64,000 nt of DNA from the sequence record MT446396.1. The stretch is one strand, 5' to 3'. Below the pieces are notes generated by a model. That model had not been told where the DNA came from. It worked only from the letters and a program-made list of their open reading frames with translations, and did not search any database. Source of the DNA: Escherichia virus TH22. The translations under genes and the position numbers were made by a program. The stretch's first letter is position 1, and the number at the start of each line of letters is the position of its first letter. Of this stretch, positions 37,300 through 46,597 are shown piece by piece.

Positions 37300-40014
37300 A
37301 TGCAAGAATTTTATTTAACTATCGAACAAATCGGTGACAACCTACTCGAACGATACATTGACAAGAATGGTCATGAACGTGTTCGTGAAATCCCCTATGC
37401 CCCGTGCCTGTTTATGCATGCCCGCGAAGACCAAGCTGCAAAATATACAGACATCTATAATAAAGGTTGCGTGAAAAAAGAATTCGATTCCATGCGTGAT
37501 GCATCCCAGTGGATGAAGCGAATGAATGACATGGGTCTCGAAGCTATGGGTATGGATGACTTTAAACTCGCATACTTGTCCGACCGTTACCCGCACGAAA
37601 TCAAATACGATTCAAGTAAAATCCGTGTGGCTAACTTCGATATCGAGGTGACATCTCCTGATGGGTTCCCTGAGCCGTCTGAAGCACGTCACCCTATTGA
37701 TGCCCTGACGCACTATGATTCGATAGACGATAAATTCTATGTCTTTGACCTTTTGGGCTCACCATACGCCACTGTGGAGCAATGGTCTATCGATATTGCT
37801 GCTAAGCTGCAAGAAGATGGCGGTGATGAAGTCCCTGAAGAAATCCTGGAAAAAATTGTTTATATGGCTTTCGATTCAGAAGAAGAAATGCTCCAACAGT
37901 ATTTGGTATTCTGGAACGAGAAAACTCCGGTTATGTTAACTGGTTGGAACATCGAGAAGTTTGATATTCCATATATCTACAACCGCCTTAAAAATGTATT
38001 TGGTGAAGCTACGGCAAAACGTTTGAGTCCACATCGTCGTACAAAAGTTAAGGTCATTAACAACGGTTTCGGTGAAGAACAAGAAATCGTTCAGATTCTG
38101 GGTATCTCTGTTCTGGATTATCTGGACCTGTATAAAAAGTTCAGCTTCACAAACCAACCGTCTTATTCGTTGGATTATGTTGCGGAATCTGAGCTGGGTG
38201 TTGGTAAACTCCCGTATGATGGCCCGATTTCTAAACTGCGCGAATCAAATCACCAACGGTATATTTCTTATAACATCATCGATGTTTATCGTGTTGTACA
38301 GATTGACCGTAAGCGTCAGTTTATTAACCTTAGCCAGTCAATGGGTTATTATGCAAAAATGCAGATTCAGTCTGTATTCAGCCCAATCAAAACTTGGGAT
38401 GCGATTATCTTTAACAGCCTGAAGACTCAAAATAAAGTCATTCCGGAAACCAAATCACATGTTCGTCAATCGTTCCCAGGTGCATTTGTTAAGGAACCGA
38501 TTCCGAACGCATACAAATACGTTATGAGCTGTGACTTAACATCTCTGTATCCGAGCATCATCCGACAGATTAACATTAGTCCAGAAACGATTGCCGGGTC
38601 ATTTACACCAGCGCCAATGTACGAATACATCGCAGGAACTGCTGACCGTCCATCTGATACATTTAGTTGTGCTCCAAACGGTATGATGTATTTTAAAGAT
38701 GTTGCGGGTATTATTCCAACAGAAGTCACCAAGGTGTTTAATCAGCGTAAAGAGCACAAAGGTTATATGCTTGCGGCTCAACGTAATGGTGAACTGATTA
38801 AGGAAGCCCTGCGTAATCCAGGAACTGGTACAACCGAGCCTGAAGTTGATTATCGTTATGACTTTGATGATAATATGAAAACAACCTTGCATGGTCTGAA
38901 TCAAACAGTTCTGAATGGTATGTTGTACAAAGCGCAGATGGAAGAAGTTGCAGGCATGACCGCACAGATTAACCGTAAACTGCTTATCAACAGTTGTTAT
39001 GGCGCTCTGGGTAATATCTGGTTCCGTTACTTTGACCTGCGAAATGCAACCGCGATTACATCTTTCGGACAACTTACATTGCAGTGGATTGAGCGTAAAG
39101 TTAACGAATATTTTGATAGTGTTTGTGGTACAAGTGGTGAAACATATGTATTCTATGGCGATACTGACTCCATTTATATCCAGTGCGATAACCTGATTAA
39201 AAAGGTTGGTGGCGAATCTAAATTCCGCGATACAAACCACCTGGTTGACTTCATGGACAAGTTTGCGAAAGACCGTCTGGAACCAGCAATCGATAAAGCT
39301 TTCCGTGAGCTGGCTGAATACATGAACAACAAACAGCACCTTATGTTTATGGACCGTGAAGCGATTGCATGTCCTCCGTTGGGTTCTAAAGGTGTTGGTG
39401 GATTCTGGACGGCGAAGAAGCGTTATGCTCTGAACGTGTACGATATGGAAGGCACCCGATATGCTGTTCCGAAACTGAAAATCATGGGTCTGGAAACTCA
39501 AAAGTCGAGTACGCCAAAAGCATGTCAGAAAGCCCTGAAAGAATGTATCCGTCGCATGCTGCAAGAAGGTGAAGAATCTCTGCAGACATACTTCAAGGAA
39601 TTCAATAAGGAATTTAATGAGCTTAACTACATGACAATCGCAGGTGTATCATCGGTTAACAACATCCAGAAATATAATGAGGGTGGTTTCCCTGGATTTA
39701 AGTGTCCGGCTCATATCAAAGGCGTGCTCGCTTACATGCGTGCAACCAAAGGGTTGAAGACTGTTCCACAAATCATGGAAGGGGAAAAGGTGTATGTGCT
39801 TCCTCTTAAAGTTGGTAACCCGTTTGGCGAAACTGTGATTGCATGGCCATCAGGGATTGAACTCCCGATTGAAATTCGTGACCAGGTTCTGCAGTGGATG
39901 GACTACAACACACTGTTCCAGAAGACTTTTGTCAAACCGTTAACGGGGTTCTCTGAAGCAGCAAAGGTTGATTACGAAAAGAAAGCAACTCTTTTTGATA
40001 TGTTTGACTTTTAA
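37300..40014 (+). CDS. 43: DNA polymerase gp43 (family B)
   Basis: 904 aa; exonuclease motifs (FDIEV) and polymerase motifs (SLYPSII, YGDTDS) aligned with T4 gp43. Confidence 0.97.
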   Translation: MQEFYLTIEQIGDNLLERYIDKNGHERVREIPYAPCLFMHAREDQAAKYTDIYNKGCVKKEFDSMRDASQWMKRMNDMGLEAMGMDDFKLAYLSDRYPHEIKYDSSKIRVANFDIEVTSPDGFPEPSEARHPIDALTHYDSIDDKFYVFDLLGSPYATVEQWSIDIAAKLQEDGGDEVPEEILEKIVYMAFDSEEEMLQQYLVFWNEKTPVMLTGWNIEKFDIPYIYNRLKNVFGEATAKRLSPHRRTKVKVINNGFGEEQEIVQILGISVLDYLDLYKKFSFTNQPSYSLDYVAESELGVGKLPYDGPISKLRESNHQRYISYNIIDVYRVVQIDRKRQFINLSQSMGYYAKMQIQSVFSPIKTWDAIIFNSLKTQNKVIPETKSHVRQSFPGAFVKEPIPNAYKYVMSCDLTSLYPSIIRQINISPETIAGSFTPAPMYEYIAGTADRPSDTFSCAPNGMMYFKDVAGIIPTEVTKVFNQRKEHKGYMLAAQRNGELIKEALRNPGTGTTEPEVDYRYDFDDNMKTTLHGLNQTVLNGMLYKAQMEEVAGMTAQINRKLLINSCYGALGNIWFRYFDLRNATAITSFGQLTLQWIERKVNEYFDSVCGTSGETYVFYGDTDSIYIQCDNLIKKVGGESKFRDTNHLVDFMDKFAKDRLEPAIDKAFRELAEYMNNKQHLMFMDREAIACPPLGSKGVGGFWTAKKRYALNVYDMEGTRYAVPKLKIMGLETQKSSTPKACQKALKECIRRMLQEGEESLQTYFKEFNKEFNELNYMTIAGVSSVNNIQKYNEGGFPGFKCPAHIKGVLAYMRATKGLKTVPQIMEGEKVYVLPLKVGNPFGETVIAWPSGIELPIEIRDQVLQWMDYNTLFQKTFVKPLTGFSEAAKVDYEKKATLFDMFDF

Positions 40015-40086
40015 GTGTTTACAACGGCAAAGGATTGCCGTATGATTACTCCATCAACTACTGATGATTAAATTAAGGATATTAAA

Positions 40087-40329
40087 ATGGAAACATTAAT
40101 TGCAGGTACTGTTGTTCTTGGTGCTGGTTCTTTCTTCCTGGCTGCACTGGCATATTTTCTGCCGTGGATTATCGCGCTACTGCGAGGAACCAAAAGTAAT
40201 TGCGGAATCTTCTTTGTTAACCTCCTGTTAGGTTGGACAATGGTCGGGTGGTTTATTGCATTTATCTGGGCACTCGTTGCTGAACGTAAATCAAACGCAC
40301 AAGTAATTATCATCAAGGAAACCAAATGA
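40087..40329 (+). CDS. imm: superinfection immunity protein Imm-like
   Basis: 80-aa two-TM protein with LLGWTMVGWFIAFIWAL segment; directly downstream of gene 43 as in T4. Confidence 0.7.
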   Translation: METLIAGTVVLGAGSFFLAALAYFLPWIIALLRGTKSNCGIFFVNLLLGWTMVGWFIAFIWALVAERKSNAQVIIIKETK

Positions 40330-40469
40330 AGATGATTACAATTATTGTACTGATTGCATTTTTTGGTATGTCAATCTATTGGGCAATAATGACTCCACAT
40401 ATGATTCCAACTTTAATTTTGGGTTGGGTATTTTTGGGGCTCCAAGCCCGCTATGAATGTTTTAATTGA
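40326..40469 (+). CDS. hypothetical small membrane protein
   Basis: 47-aa hydrophobic ORF, ATGA overlap with imm. Confidence 0.4.
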   Translation: MKMITIIVLIAFFGMSIYWAIMTPHMIPTLILGWVFLGLQARYECFN

Positions 40470-40479
40470 GGAAAATACA

Positions 40480-40983
40480 ATGAAAAAGTTAGCTATCGCA
40501 GCTGTTATACTGTTATCTGGTTGTGCTTACCAGGGTGATGTAGTTAATGCCAGTGAGATTGGTAAAGCGCGAATTGCTGCAGACCGTCAGGTGCATAATG
40601 GTTCCTTTGATTTCAAAGGTGGTACTGGACTTATCTACAAACGCGACAACAATCAATGTGGAAATAACTGCGCGAAATATGCTCAACAAGAAATTGAGTA
40701 CAAACGCGAGCAAGCTGCGAAGCATGATGAAGTAATCGCTAAATTAGAAGCAGAAACTAAGCGACAAAATGACTTGGATACTGTTAACCAGATTTCACAG
40801 GTCTGTATGTCATACATCAATATGCAGATAAACATCATGCGCGCGGAAGCTTATCAGGCAGCAGAGGCTGGTTCTCCAAAAGCTAATGAGTATCGCGATA
40901 TGTATCAGCGTTCTGCTCAAAACCGTCTGAGCTATATTAATAAATGTGTAGCTAAAGAGAAAGCACGCCAAGGTATTAACTAA
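40480..40983 (+). CDS. putative lipoprotein
   Basis: Signal peptide with lipobox (MKKLAIAAVILLSGC); SD GAGGAAAAT. Confidence 0.55.
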   Translation: MKKLAIAAVILLSGCAYQGDVVNASEIGKARIAADRQVHNGSFDFKGGTGLIYKRDNNQCGNNCAKYAQQEIEYKREQAAKHDEVIAKLEAETKRQNDLDTVNQISQVCMSYINMQINIMRAEAYQAAEAGSPKANEYRDMYQRSAQNRLSYINKCVAKEKARQGIN

Positions 40984-41068
40984 CATTAATTGCTCTAAAA
41001 ATACAGTGATATAATTATCCTATCTTAAACCTGTGAGAAAAATATAATGGTGCCTATGGAAAAAATGA

Positions 41069-42247
41069 ATGTCTATTGCAGATTTGAAATCCCGTTTGAT
41101 TAAAGCTTCTACATCCAAAATGACTGCGACTCTTACTAAGTCCAAGTTTTTTAATGATAAAGATGTAGTTCGTACAAAAATCCCGATGCTGAACATTGCA
41201 ATCAGCGGTGCACTAGATGGTGGTATGCAGTCAGGTTTGACTATTTTTGCTGGTCCGTCAAAACACTTTAAATCCAATATGGGTTTAACGATGGTCTCTG
41301 CATATATGAACAAATACCCCGATGCAATCTGTTTGTTCTATGATTCAGAATTTGGTATCACAGAAGCATATCTTCGTGCAATGAAAGTTGACCCGGAACG
41401 TGTTATTCACACACCAATCCAGTCGGTTGAACAATTGAAAGTTGATATGGTTAACCAGCTTGAAGCAATTGAGCGTGGTGAAAAAGTCATTATCTTTATT
41501 GACTCAATCGGTAACATGGCGTCTAAAAAAGAAACAGAAGATGCGATGAACGAAAAAGTCGTTGGCGATATGACTCGCGCTAAATCCCTGAAATCTCTAT
41601 TCCGTATTGTTACCCCATATTTTAGTATCAAGGATATCCCTTGTGTCGCGGTTAACCATACAATTGAGACGATTGAGATGTACAGCAAAACCGTTATGAC
41701 CGGTGGTACAGGTGTTATGTATTCTGCAGACACCGTATTCATTATCGGTAAACGTCAGATTAAAGAAACTGGTAAAGAACTTGAAGGTTTCCAATTTGTT
41801 CTGAACGCCGAAAAATCTCGTATGGTCAAAGAGAAAAGTAAATTCTTCATTGATGTAAAATTCGATGGGGGTATTGACCCGTATTCTGGCCTGCTTGATA
41901 TGGCAATGGAAATTGGATTTGTGGTGAAACCGAAAGTTGGTTGGTATAACCGTGAATATCTTGATGTTGAGACCGGTGAAATGGTCCGCGAAGAAAAATC
42001 ATGGCGTGCAAAAGATACTAACTGTACCGAATTCTGGGGTCCATTGTTCAAGCACGAACCTTTCCGTGATGCAATCAAACGACATTACCAGCTGGGTGCA
42101 ATCGATAGCAATGCTGTTGTTGACGCCGAAGTTGATGCGCTTATTGCCTCCAAGGTTGAAAAATACTCTGCCCCTGAAGGTAAGGCAAAACCATCTGCGG
42201 CAGATATCGAAAACGATTTAGATATGATGGAAGACCTTGATGAATGA
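41069..42247 (+). CDS. uvsX: RecA-like recombinase UvsX
   Basis: 392 aa; Walker A GPSKHFKS; strong match to T4 UvsX along full length. Confidence 0.95.
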   Translation: MSIADLKSRLIKASTSKMTATLTKSKFFNDKDVVRTKIPMLNIAISGALDGGMQSGLTIFAGPSKHFKSNMGLTMVSAYMNKYPDAICLFYDSEFGITEAYLRAMKVDPERVIHTPIQSVEQLKVDMVNQLEAIERGEKVIIFIDSIGNMASKKETEDAMNEKVVGDMTRAKSLKSLFRIVTPYFSIKDIPCVAVNHTIETIEMYSKTVMTGGTGVMYSADTVFIIGKRQIKETGKELEGFQFVLNAEKSRMVKEKSKFFIDVKFDGGIDPYSGLLDMAMEIGFVVKPKVGWYNREYLDVETGEMVREEKSWRAKDTNCTEFWGPLFKHEPFRDAIKRHYQLGAIDSNAVVDAEVDALIASKVEKYSAPEGKAKPSAADIENDLDMMEDLDE

Positions 42248-42581
42248 TATCGATTTATCTGATTTAGATAATTTCGAGAAAGATGCGGAGGGAGCTAAGG
42301 CTCCTTCTGTGCCTTACTACGAAAAAAGTTTGGAGATTATCCGGCAATCCATGGGAACCGTACGACAGGAAATTCTGTTATCACTCCCTGATGGGTCCAA
42401 TCACATTGTGTACGTAACCGGAATTAAAATTGAACCATCTGGAAAAGTTTCAGTTGATTTCGGCACCCCTTCTGAAGACCGCAAAGCGGAGCTTGCAGTG
42501 CATGTAGAAAAGTGTGTTACAATGCAAATACAAGATGAAATTGATAAGATTAAAATGAAAAAGAGGTGGTGGAAGTGGTAG
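42237..42581 (+). CDS. hypothetical protein (gene 40 position)
   Basis: ORF between uvsX and gene 41; called by synteny only. Confidence 0.4.
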   Translation: MMNDIDLSDLDNFEKDAEGAKAPSVPYYEKSLEIIRQSMGTVRQEILLSLPDGSNHIVYVTGIKIEPSGKVSVDFGTPSEDRKAELAVHVEKCVTMQIQDEIDKIKMKKRWWKW

Positions 42582-44005
42582 AAACTATTTTATCCCAGCT
42601 ACTCTTTAACAAGGAATATTTTGTTAAAGTCTGGCCATATCTGAATAGCACATATTTTGAAAAGGGTCCCGCGAAGACCCTTTTTAATACGATTAACGAA
42701 CACGTAAAAGAATATCAAGCTGTACCAACTAAGACTGCACTTGATATTGCACTTGACAACTCTGACCTTTCTGAAGTCGAATATGAAGGCACAAAGAAAC
42801 TTTTAGGAGTCCTGGCCGATACTCCAGAAGACCAGGAATGGTTGGTTAGAGAAACCGAAAAGTATGTACAGAAGTCTGCGATGTTCAATGCCACATCCAG
42901 GATTATCGAAATCCAGAGTAATGCCGAACTTCCTAAAGATAAACGTGATAAACGAATCCCGGATATCGGTGCTATCCCTGACATCATGCGTGATGCATTG
43001 TCCATCTGTTTTGATTCTGCCCTTGGTCATGACTGGTTAAACGATTACGAGGCTCGATTCCAGACTTATCTGAACAAATCGAAGAAAGTTCCGTTCCGCA
43101 TTAACATCCTGAATAAAATTACGAAAGGCGGGGTTGAGTACGGTACAGAGAACGTTTTACTAGCCGGGACGAATGTCGGTAAATCTCTGGGGCTTTGTTC
43201 GTTAGCGGCTGACTATCTTCAGACTGGTCATAACGTTCTTTATATAAGCATGGAAATGGCCGAAGAAGTATGTGCCAAACGTATTGATGCCAACTTGCTG
43301 GATGTATCTCTGGATGATATTGATGAAGGTCATATATCATGGGCGGAATATAAAGCTAAGATGGAAAAATGGCGTGCTTCCGGGACTCTCGGGACTCTGA
43401 AGATAAAACAATATCCAACTGGTGGTGCTCATGCGGATACCTTCCGTGCATTACTGAACGAGTACAAACTGAAGCAAGGGTTTGTACCGGATGTGATTAT
43501 TGTTGACTACCTGGCAATCTGTGCAAGCTCAAGACTGAAAACGTTTACCGAAAACAGTTACGGCCTGATTAAGATGGTTGCAGAAGAACTTCGTGGTCTG
43601 GCAGTTGAGAAAAATGTGGTCTTGTGGACTGCAGCGCAGACAACCAGGGGCGCGAACGTTGCAGCCGAGATTGATATGGCTGACATTGCAGAATCCTTTG
43701 GTATTGCTCACACGGCTGACTTTATGCTGGGTGTTGTTGAGACCGAAGAATTCGCTCAAATGGGGCTGCAGTTAATCAAACAGCTTAAGTCTCGTTATGG
43801 TGATAAGAACTACTATAATAAATTCAAGATGGGTGTTAAGAAAGGTAATCAGCGCTGGTATGAGGTTGATGATGATTCGGCTCCTAAACAAGGCCCTACG
43901 GTTAAAGAAGCCACCGGTGAGATGAATCGCCAGGCCGAAATGAATCGACAAACCAGGGTCAACAGGAGCGACCTGGATGACCTTGCTGCTCAAATGAAAT
44001 TTTAA
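42566..44005 (+). CDS. 41: replicative DNA helicase gp41 (DnaB-like)
   Basis: Walker A GTNVGKS; KQLKSRYGDKN; apparent GTG start overlapping upstream gene; matches T4 gp41. Confidence 0.95.
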   Translation: MVEVVETILSQLLFNKEYFVKVWPYLNSTYFEKGPAKTLFNTINEHVKEYQAVPTKTALDIALDNSDLSEVEYEGTKKLLGVLADTPEDQEWLVRETEKYVQKSAMFNATSRIIEIQSNAELPKDKRDKRIPDIGAIPDIMRDALSICFDSALGHDWLNDYEARFQTYLNKSKKVPFRINILNKITKGGVEYGTENVLLAGTNVGKSLGLCSLAADYLQTGHNVLYISMEMAEEVCAKRIDANLLDVSLDDIDEGHISWAEYKAKMEKWRASGTLGTLKIKQYPTGGAHADTFRALLNEYKLKQGFVPDVIIVDYLAICASSRLKTFTENSYGLIKMVAEELRGLAVEKNVVLWTAAQTTRGANVAAEIDMADIAESFGIAHTADFMLGVVETEEFAQMGLQLIKQLKSRYGDKNYYNKFKMGVKKGNQRWYEVDDDSAPKQGPTVKEATGEMNRQAEMNRQTRVNRSDLDDLAAQMKF

Positions 44006-44014
44006 AATATTTTA

Positions 44015-44038
44015 AAAGGGGCTTACGGCCCCTTTTTC
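44015..44038 (+). terminator. rho-independent terminator after gene 41
   Basis: AAAGGGGC-TTAC-GGCCCCTTT then TTCTT. Confidence 0.65.
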
Positions 44039-44076
44039 TTATGTTATAATGACCCTATCAACTACTGGAGAATAAA

Positions 44077-44394
44077 ATGAAAACTATTGATTGCAAGGCG
44101 GAATACAAAGTTTATTATCATGGCTCAAGCTCTAATGCTGGAATCCAAAATATGCTTTGCCCTCCTGATGCAACTGGTGTTCTGTCAGAAGTTGGGCGTA
44201 AGAAAAATTTAGGGCGTGTGTTTTTTACTGAAGATATTGGTTTGGCGCGTATCTATGCAGGAAGAGCAGCTCGCTCATATGGAGGAGAACCCCGTCTTTA
44301 TCGTGTGATTGCACCTGTTGACGTGGTTTGTTTAAATGATACTAAAGGCGCAACCGTTTATCACGCCGCCTGGGCCTTCTGTGAGGAAATCTAA
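44077..44394 (+). CDS. hypothetical protein
   Basis: Terminator, promoter and conserved leader upstream. Confidence 0.45.
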   Translation: MKTIDCKAEYKVYYHGSSSNAGIQNMLCPPDATGVLSEVGRKKNLGRVFFTEDIGLARIYAGRAARSYGGEPRLYRVIAPVDVVCLNDTKGATVYHAAWAFCEEI

Positions 44395-44598
44395 ATGTAT
44401 AAATTAGAGAACGTAGTGTTTATTGGTTGGTTTGAAAATGGTAATATGTTTACCAAAGAAACCGCGCTGGATGTTAGTGACCAAAATATGATTGAATGGG
44501 TTACAGTGCAGTATGCAGAAGTGAATAATGCGCTGGTTAAAGCCTTTGTTAATGACAATAAAGTTTTTGAATATGATGCCCGCATTGAGGAAATTTAA
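44395..44598 (+). CDS. dmd: Dmd antitoxin (discriminator of mRNA degradation)
   Basis: VVFIGWFENGNMFTKE...VQYAEVNNALVKAFVNDNKVFEYD aligns with T4 Dmd. Confidence 0.85.
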   Translation: MYKLENVVFIGWFENGNMFTKETALDVSDQNMIEWVTVQYAEVNNALVKAFVNDNKVFEYDARIEEI

Positions 44599-44838
44599 AT
44601 GAATATCACATTAATGAAACCTACCCCTAGTTCTTTTTGGAATAAATCTTTTGGTAAGCATAATATGTTTATCCAACGCACCGTAAGCAGCTGGGAACTA
44701 GTTCTTTCGGAAGACCATGGCGGTTATGAACAAGAATACGTAGAGTTCTTCGAATTTCCTGTGAAACCTACCAAGCGTCAGATTCGTCAGACAAAACGCA
44801 AATTCCGTAAAATTTATCTGGAAGATGCATTAAAATAG
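44599..44838 (+). CDS. hypothetical protein (RPTK-x-IRQ tail family)
   Basis: C-terminal KPTKRQIRQTKRKFRK. Confidence 0.45.
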   Translation: MNITLMKPTPSSFWNKSFGKHNMFIQRTVSSWELVLSEDHGGYEQEYVEFFEFPVKPTKRQIRQTKRKFRKIYLEDALK

Positions 44839-44895
44839 TGTACAACAAAGGGATAATGCTGTATATTATCCATATCAACTACTGAGGAGATTGAA
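44838..44895 (+). promoter_or_regulatory. early promoter plus conserved leader upstream of sp
   Basis: GTGTACAAC -35, TATATT -10, leader ATCAACTACTGAGGAG. Confidence 0.5.
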
Positions 44896-45189
44896 ATGAA
44901 AAAGTTATTAATCGCGGCAATTCTTACCGTAGCATCATGTGGTACAGCTCCAGTTACTGCTGGACTTGATAAAAACCTTTGTGAGTGGTCTATGACTGCG
45001 GACCAAACTGATGTTGAAACTCAAATTCGCGCTGACATCATGAATATTACTAAACGTGACCGCCCTGATATGGTTAAAGAAGTATCTGACCAATTGACTT
45101 CTGGTGACGTTATGCAGTATAACTATGTTCTGTATTGCGATGCTTCATTTGACAATAGCAAAATTGTTCAATGGGTTACAGGTGAATAA
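44896..45189 (+). CDS. sp: Spackle periplasmic protein
   Basis: 97 aa with signal peptide; DKNLCEWSMTADQTDVETQIRADIMNITKRDRP...VMQYNYVLYCD matches T4 Sp. Confidence 0.85.
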   Translation: MKKLLIAAILTVASCGTAPVTAGLDKNLCEWSMTADQTDVETQIRADIMNITKRDRPDMVKEVSDQLTSGDVMQYNYVLYCDASFDNSKIVQWVTGE

Positions 45190-45190
45190 A

Positions 45191-45628
45191 ATGATTAACA
45201 GAAATTTGGTTATCAAAAAACTTCGTTGTAAAAATCCAAATGCGCAGGCATACAGGGTGTTTTGGAGCGACGAAATTCAATATCTGGGTTATTTTCTTGT
45301 TGATAGTGATGATAGAATTACGTTTGCTCATAAACTTCTTAACAAAGAATTAAACCATTGGAAAGAACTTATTGCAGTCAAGTCTAAATTATTTTCGCGC
45401 AATACAATGCACCAATTGGTTTATTTTTTCGCTGATGGTATTCCTGACAAGGTTGAGTTTGAAGGGTTTGAATTTAAAGACATCAACCCTGACAATGAAT
45501 TGAATGACAGTATTGTTAATATGGGTATCCCTGGCAAGTACATCAAAAACAGTCTTTTGAAAATTCTGGAAAATCCTGTTTATTCAGTTGACGACCAGAT
45601 TTTTAATGCCTTCATGAAGCGAGATTAG
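45191..45628 (+). CDS. hypothetical protein
   Basis: ATG 45191; C-terminal 11 aa DDQIFNAFMKR identical to next gene. Confidence 0.45.
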   Translation: MINRNLVIKKLRCKNPNAQAYRVFWSDEIQYLGYFLVDSDDRITFAHKLLNKELNHWKELIAVKSKLFSRNTMHQLVYFFADGIPDKVEFEGFEFKDINPDNELNDSIVNMGIPGKYIKNSLLKILENPVYSVDDQIFNAFMKRD

Positions 45629-45629
45629 T

Positions 45630-45989
45630 ATGAGTTATTATAATTTTCTGAATTTTGAACTGGTGAGCAATAATAATGGTAATGCTCACTATGAATTTCG
45701 TGAGCCCCGTTATAATCAGGCGATTGGTTATATCATCGTTAAAGATGGTGTTATCATAAAGGCTCGTTCGTTTATGACAATGAATGGGCCTTGTGAAGAT
45801 AATCGTGGTTATCCATTTGATAAAAAGAACGTACGCGATTGTGCAGTATGGATAACCGGAAACCCTGAAATTGGGGTCATGATATCTACTGAAGCAAATG
45901 ACATTCTGGAAGGGGCTTGGGTTAAAGCTCAAGAACCGCCTACTGATATTGATGACCAGATTTTTAATGCCTTCATGAAGCGAGGTTAA
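45630..45989 (+). CDS. hypothetical protein
   Basis: C-terminal DDQIFNAFMKRG, identical tail to upstream gene. Confidence 0.45.
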   Translation: MSYYNFLNFELVSNNNGNAHYEFREPRYNQAIGYIIVKDGVIIKARSFMTMNGPCEDNRGYPFDKKNVRDCAVWITGNPEIGVMISTEANDILEGAWVKAQEPPTDIDDQIFNAFMKRG

Positions 45990-45990
45990 T

Positions 45991-46212
45991 ATGTTTGTTT
46001 TGACCCAATTCTCTAAAGCAATATATAGTTACTCTTGTCAGTGGGAAGTCTTTATTGATACTCCGTCTCCCAAGTATGGAGTTTTTGGACGAGTAACTAC
46101 TCAAGCTTATGTTGCACGACCGACCAAACGTCAGATTCGTAAACTTAAAAAGGCACATCGTCAATTGATTAAAAGAAGGGAACAATATGAGTGCAATGTG
46201 TACGGGCTCTAA
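45991..46212 (+). CDS. hypothetical protein (RPTK-x-IRQ tail family)
   Basis: C-terminal RPTKRQIRKLKKAHRQLIKRR. Confidence 0.4.
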   Translation: MFVLTQFSKAIYSYSCQWEVFIDTPSPKYGVFGRVTTQAYVARPTKRQIRKLKKAHRQLIKRREQYECNVYGL

Positions 46213-46378
46213 GATTTCGGTCTTCCAGATTTTTGAAGAATATGAAATCGTGTCGCAAGACCAAGAAGCAATCCATGTTATCGCTGATGATGGTGTTACC
46301 TGGATTATTCCGTTGTATCATGAAGACACTTATGAAGTGACTGATGCAAATGGTGATAAAGCTATCTTCGTTGTATAA
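46187..46378 (+). CDS. hypothetical acidic protein
   Basis: 63-aa ORF overlapping upstream stop. Confidence 0.35.
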   Translation: MSAMCTGSKISVFQIFEEYEIVSQDQEAIHVIADDGVTWIIPLYHEDTYEVTDANGDKAIFVV

Positions 46379-46397
46379 ATAGCGGAAAGGGGGTGTT

Positions 46398-46565
46398 ATG
46401 AAAACATTCAAAGATTTTATCAACGAAGATATGGCTGCCGGTGATGCAGGTGGAAACCCAACTAATATCGCAACAGGTACCACTTCCGGGGCAGTTGTCA
46501 ATAAAGGCCCTGAACAAATCCCATCAAAAAAGCGTAAGAATAAAGACGATAAACCTACAGTATAA
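46398..46565 (+). CDS. hypothetical small protein with CTS-like N-terminus
   Basis: 55 aa; N-terminus MKTFKDFINED resembles internal-protein capsid-targeting sequence; SD GGAAAGGGGG. Confidence 0.4.
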   Translation: MKTFKDFINEDMAAGDAGGNPTNIATGTTSGAVVNKGPEQIPSKKRKNKDDKPTV

Positions 46566-46597
46566 TGGTCCTTCGGGGCCATTGAAATGAGGAAACT

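Noticed and set aside
38599-39564. 321-aa minus-strand ORF
   Set aside because: Lies wholly inside the DNA polymerase gene 43 on the opposite strand; no promoter or SD; typical antisense shadow ORF of a long coding region.
46566-46585. Terminator-like hairpin GGTCC-TTCG-GGGCC before gene 61
   Set aside because: Stem is imperfect and short and no U-run follows; more likely a leader structure than a terminator.
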